From contig OU015569.1 in assembly GCA_907165135.1 (NCBI GenBank), forward strand, positions 1,302,001 to 1,366,000: a stretch of 64,000 nt of DNA, read 5' to 3'. Below the pieces are notes generated by a model that saw only the letters and a program-made list of their open reading frames with translations, ran no database searches and had not been told where the DNA came from. Origin of the DNA: Oikopleura dioica. Taxonomy: Eukaryota > Animalia > Chordata. Below, one piece after another: positions 61,501 to 64,000 of this stretch. Made by a program: the position numbers and the translations under genes. Position 1 is the first letter of the stretch. Each line of letters opens with the position of its first letter.

Positions 61501-62510
61501 GTCAGAGACGCTCTCTCCGATGATTCTTTGAAATATGTCCGGGCAGACAATATTTCTTCATCATGCTCCCTGGTTTGGCACATATTTCTAACGGGAATCC
61601 TCACGAAGTAAGAGCGATTAAACTCTACGGGATTCGAACACACTTGACTTTCTTCGCCTACTAACCCGCTACCCACACCACCAGGTAGCTTCCGACCACG
61701 GGGATGAAAAATCAAATTATATACCGATAGAATGAACATTTGACTTCGAAATTTTTGCATCTTACTTTTTAGTACAACGTTCTCTAGGAAGCTGTCGATC
61801 ATCAGCGGCTCTCCGAGGGAACAAAATGTAATTTACATGAGCTTCCAATTTGAAAAGAGCTTTCTAATTTAGATAAATAATCTTTAAAAAAAAGAAATAT
61901 AATCTAATCAATATAATATTGACAATATTATTAAATATATATTATATACAAATAATAAGTTAATCCTTTATTTAAATTTCGTAAAAAAGAATAAAATCTT
62001 AGAGACATAGAATGATGTTCGTATAAATTCCAGCTGAAAGACGAAAAGTCGGTAAATCAGCCTTTTTAGAAGCGCAATCTTGCGGCGAAGGCCAGTGCGC
62101 GCCTGGCCAATGAGCGCCAAGGGGAAAACTCTAAAAATGCTGTTATTTTTTTTGCGTTAGCCAGGGAACTCAAGCAGTTCTAGAATGCCTCCGAGAATGT
62201 CTTTGAGCATAGAGAAGAGAATAGACGAAGGAATTAAAGAAGATTTGATTTCATCGCGATTTTTTAGAATTTGTAATTAAAAAAATTTTCTAATTAATAA
62301 AAATGGTAATTCTCGTAAAAATTTTCTCCATTCAGAAGATTGGTAGAAATAAATTTTGGCCAAGAAATGATCCGTTGCGCTAGAAATTCGAAAAGTGCGT
62401 GCATCATCATTCTGTGAATAACAAAAATTGTTGAATAGCCCTGCTCAACCTCTTTTTTCCTGATTCCAAAAATCAAAAGAACCGTTTTTTTTTCAGAAAC
62501 AAAAAGATAA

Positions 62511-63950
<1,440 letters not shown>

Positions 63951-64000
63951 AAAACGAATGAAACAGATAATTACTATACCATTCATCCACTTGAAACATG

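Overview
Gene-dense, AT-rich animal genomic DNA with many introns of about 40-50 nt and very short intergenic spacers. This architecture suggests a larvacean tunicate such as Oikopleura dioica (inference, not shown directly). Recognisable genes: two Golgi carbohydrate sulfotransferases, a divergent condensin II subunit CAP-G2, a calpain, a secreted EGF/Thr-mucin protein, a cytosolic sulfotransferase, an ACOT/BAAT-family enzyme, a DCDC1-like doublecortin protein, an SLC22 transporter, a CUB-domain membrane protein, TMTC, a white-like ABCG transporter, clathrin light chain, PSMC6 and one tRNA-Arg(ACG). The window is heavily invaded by non-autonomous DNA transposons. Five have perfect 8-bp target-site duplications (hAT-like), and some sit inside coding exons. 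No transposase is visible. Most notable observations: (1) a head-to-head pair of about 185-nt structured RNA genes with Pol III type-3 promoter and terminator anatomy that I cannot assign to a known family; (2) a palindromic MITE in an SLC22 exon that can be removed in frame by canonical splice sites, plus a hairpin intron bounded by an 8-bp direct repeat in the ABCG gene, both suggesting transposon-driven intron gain; (3) a dispersed family of tiny spliced ORFs that share one stop/polyA cassette. Gene boundaries were read by eye and are approximate where stated.
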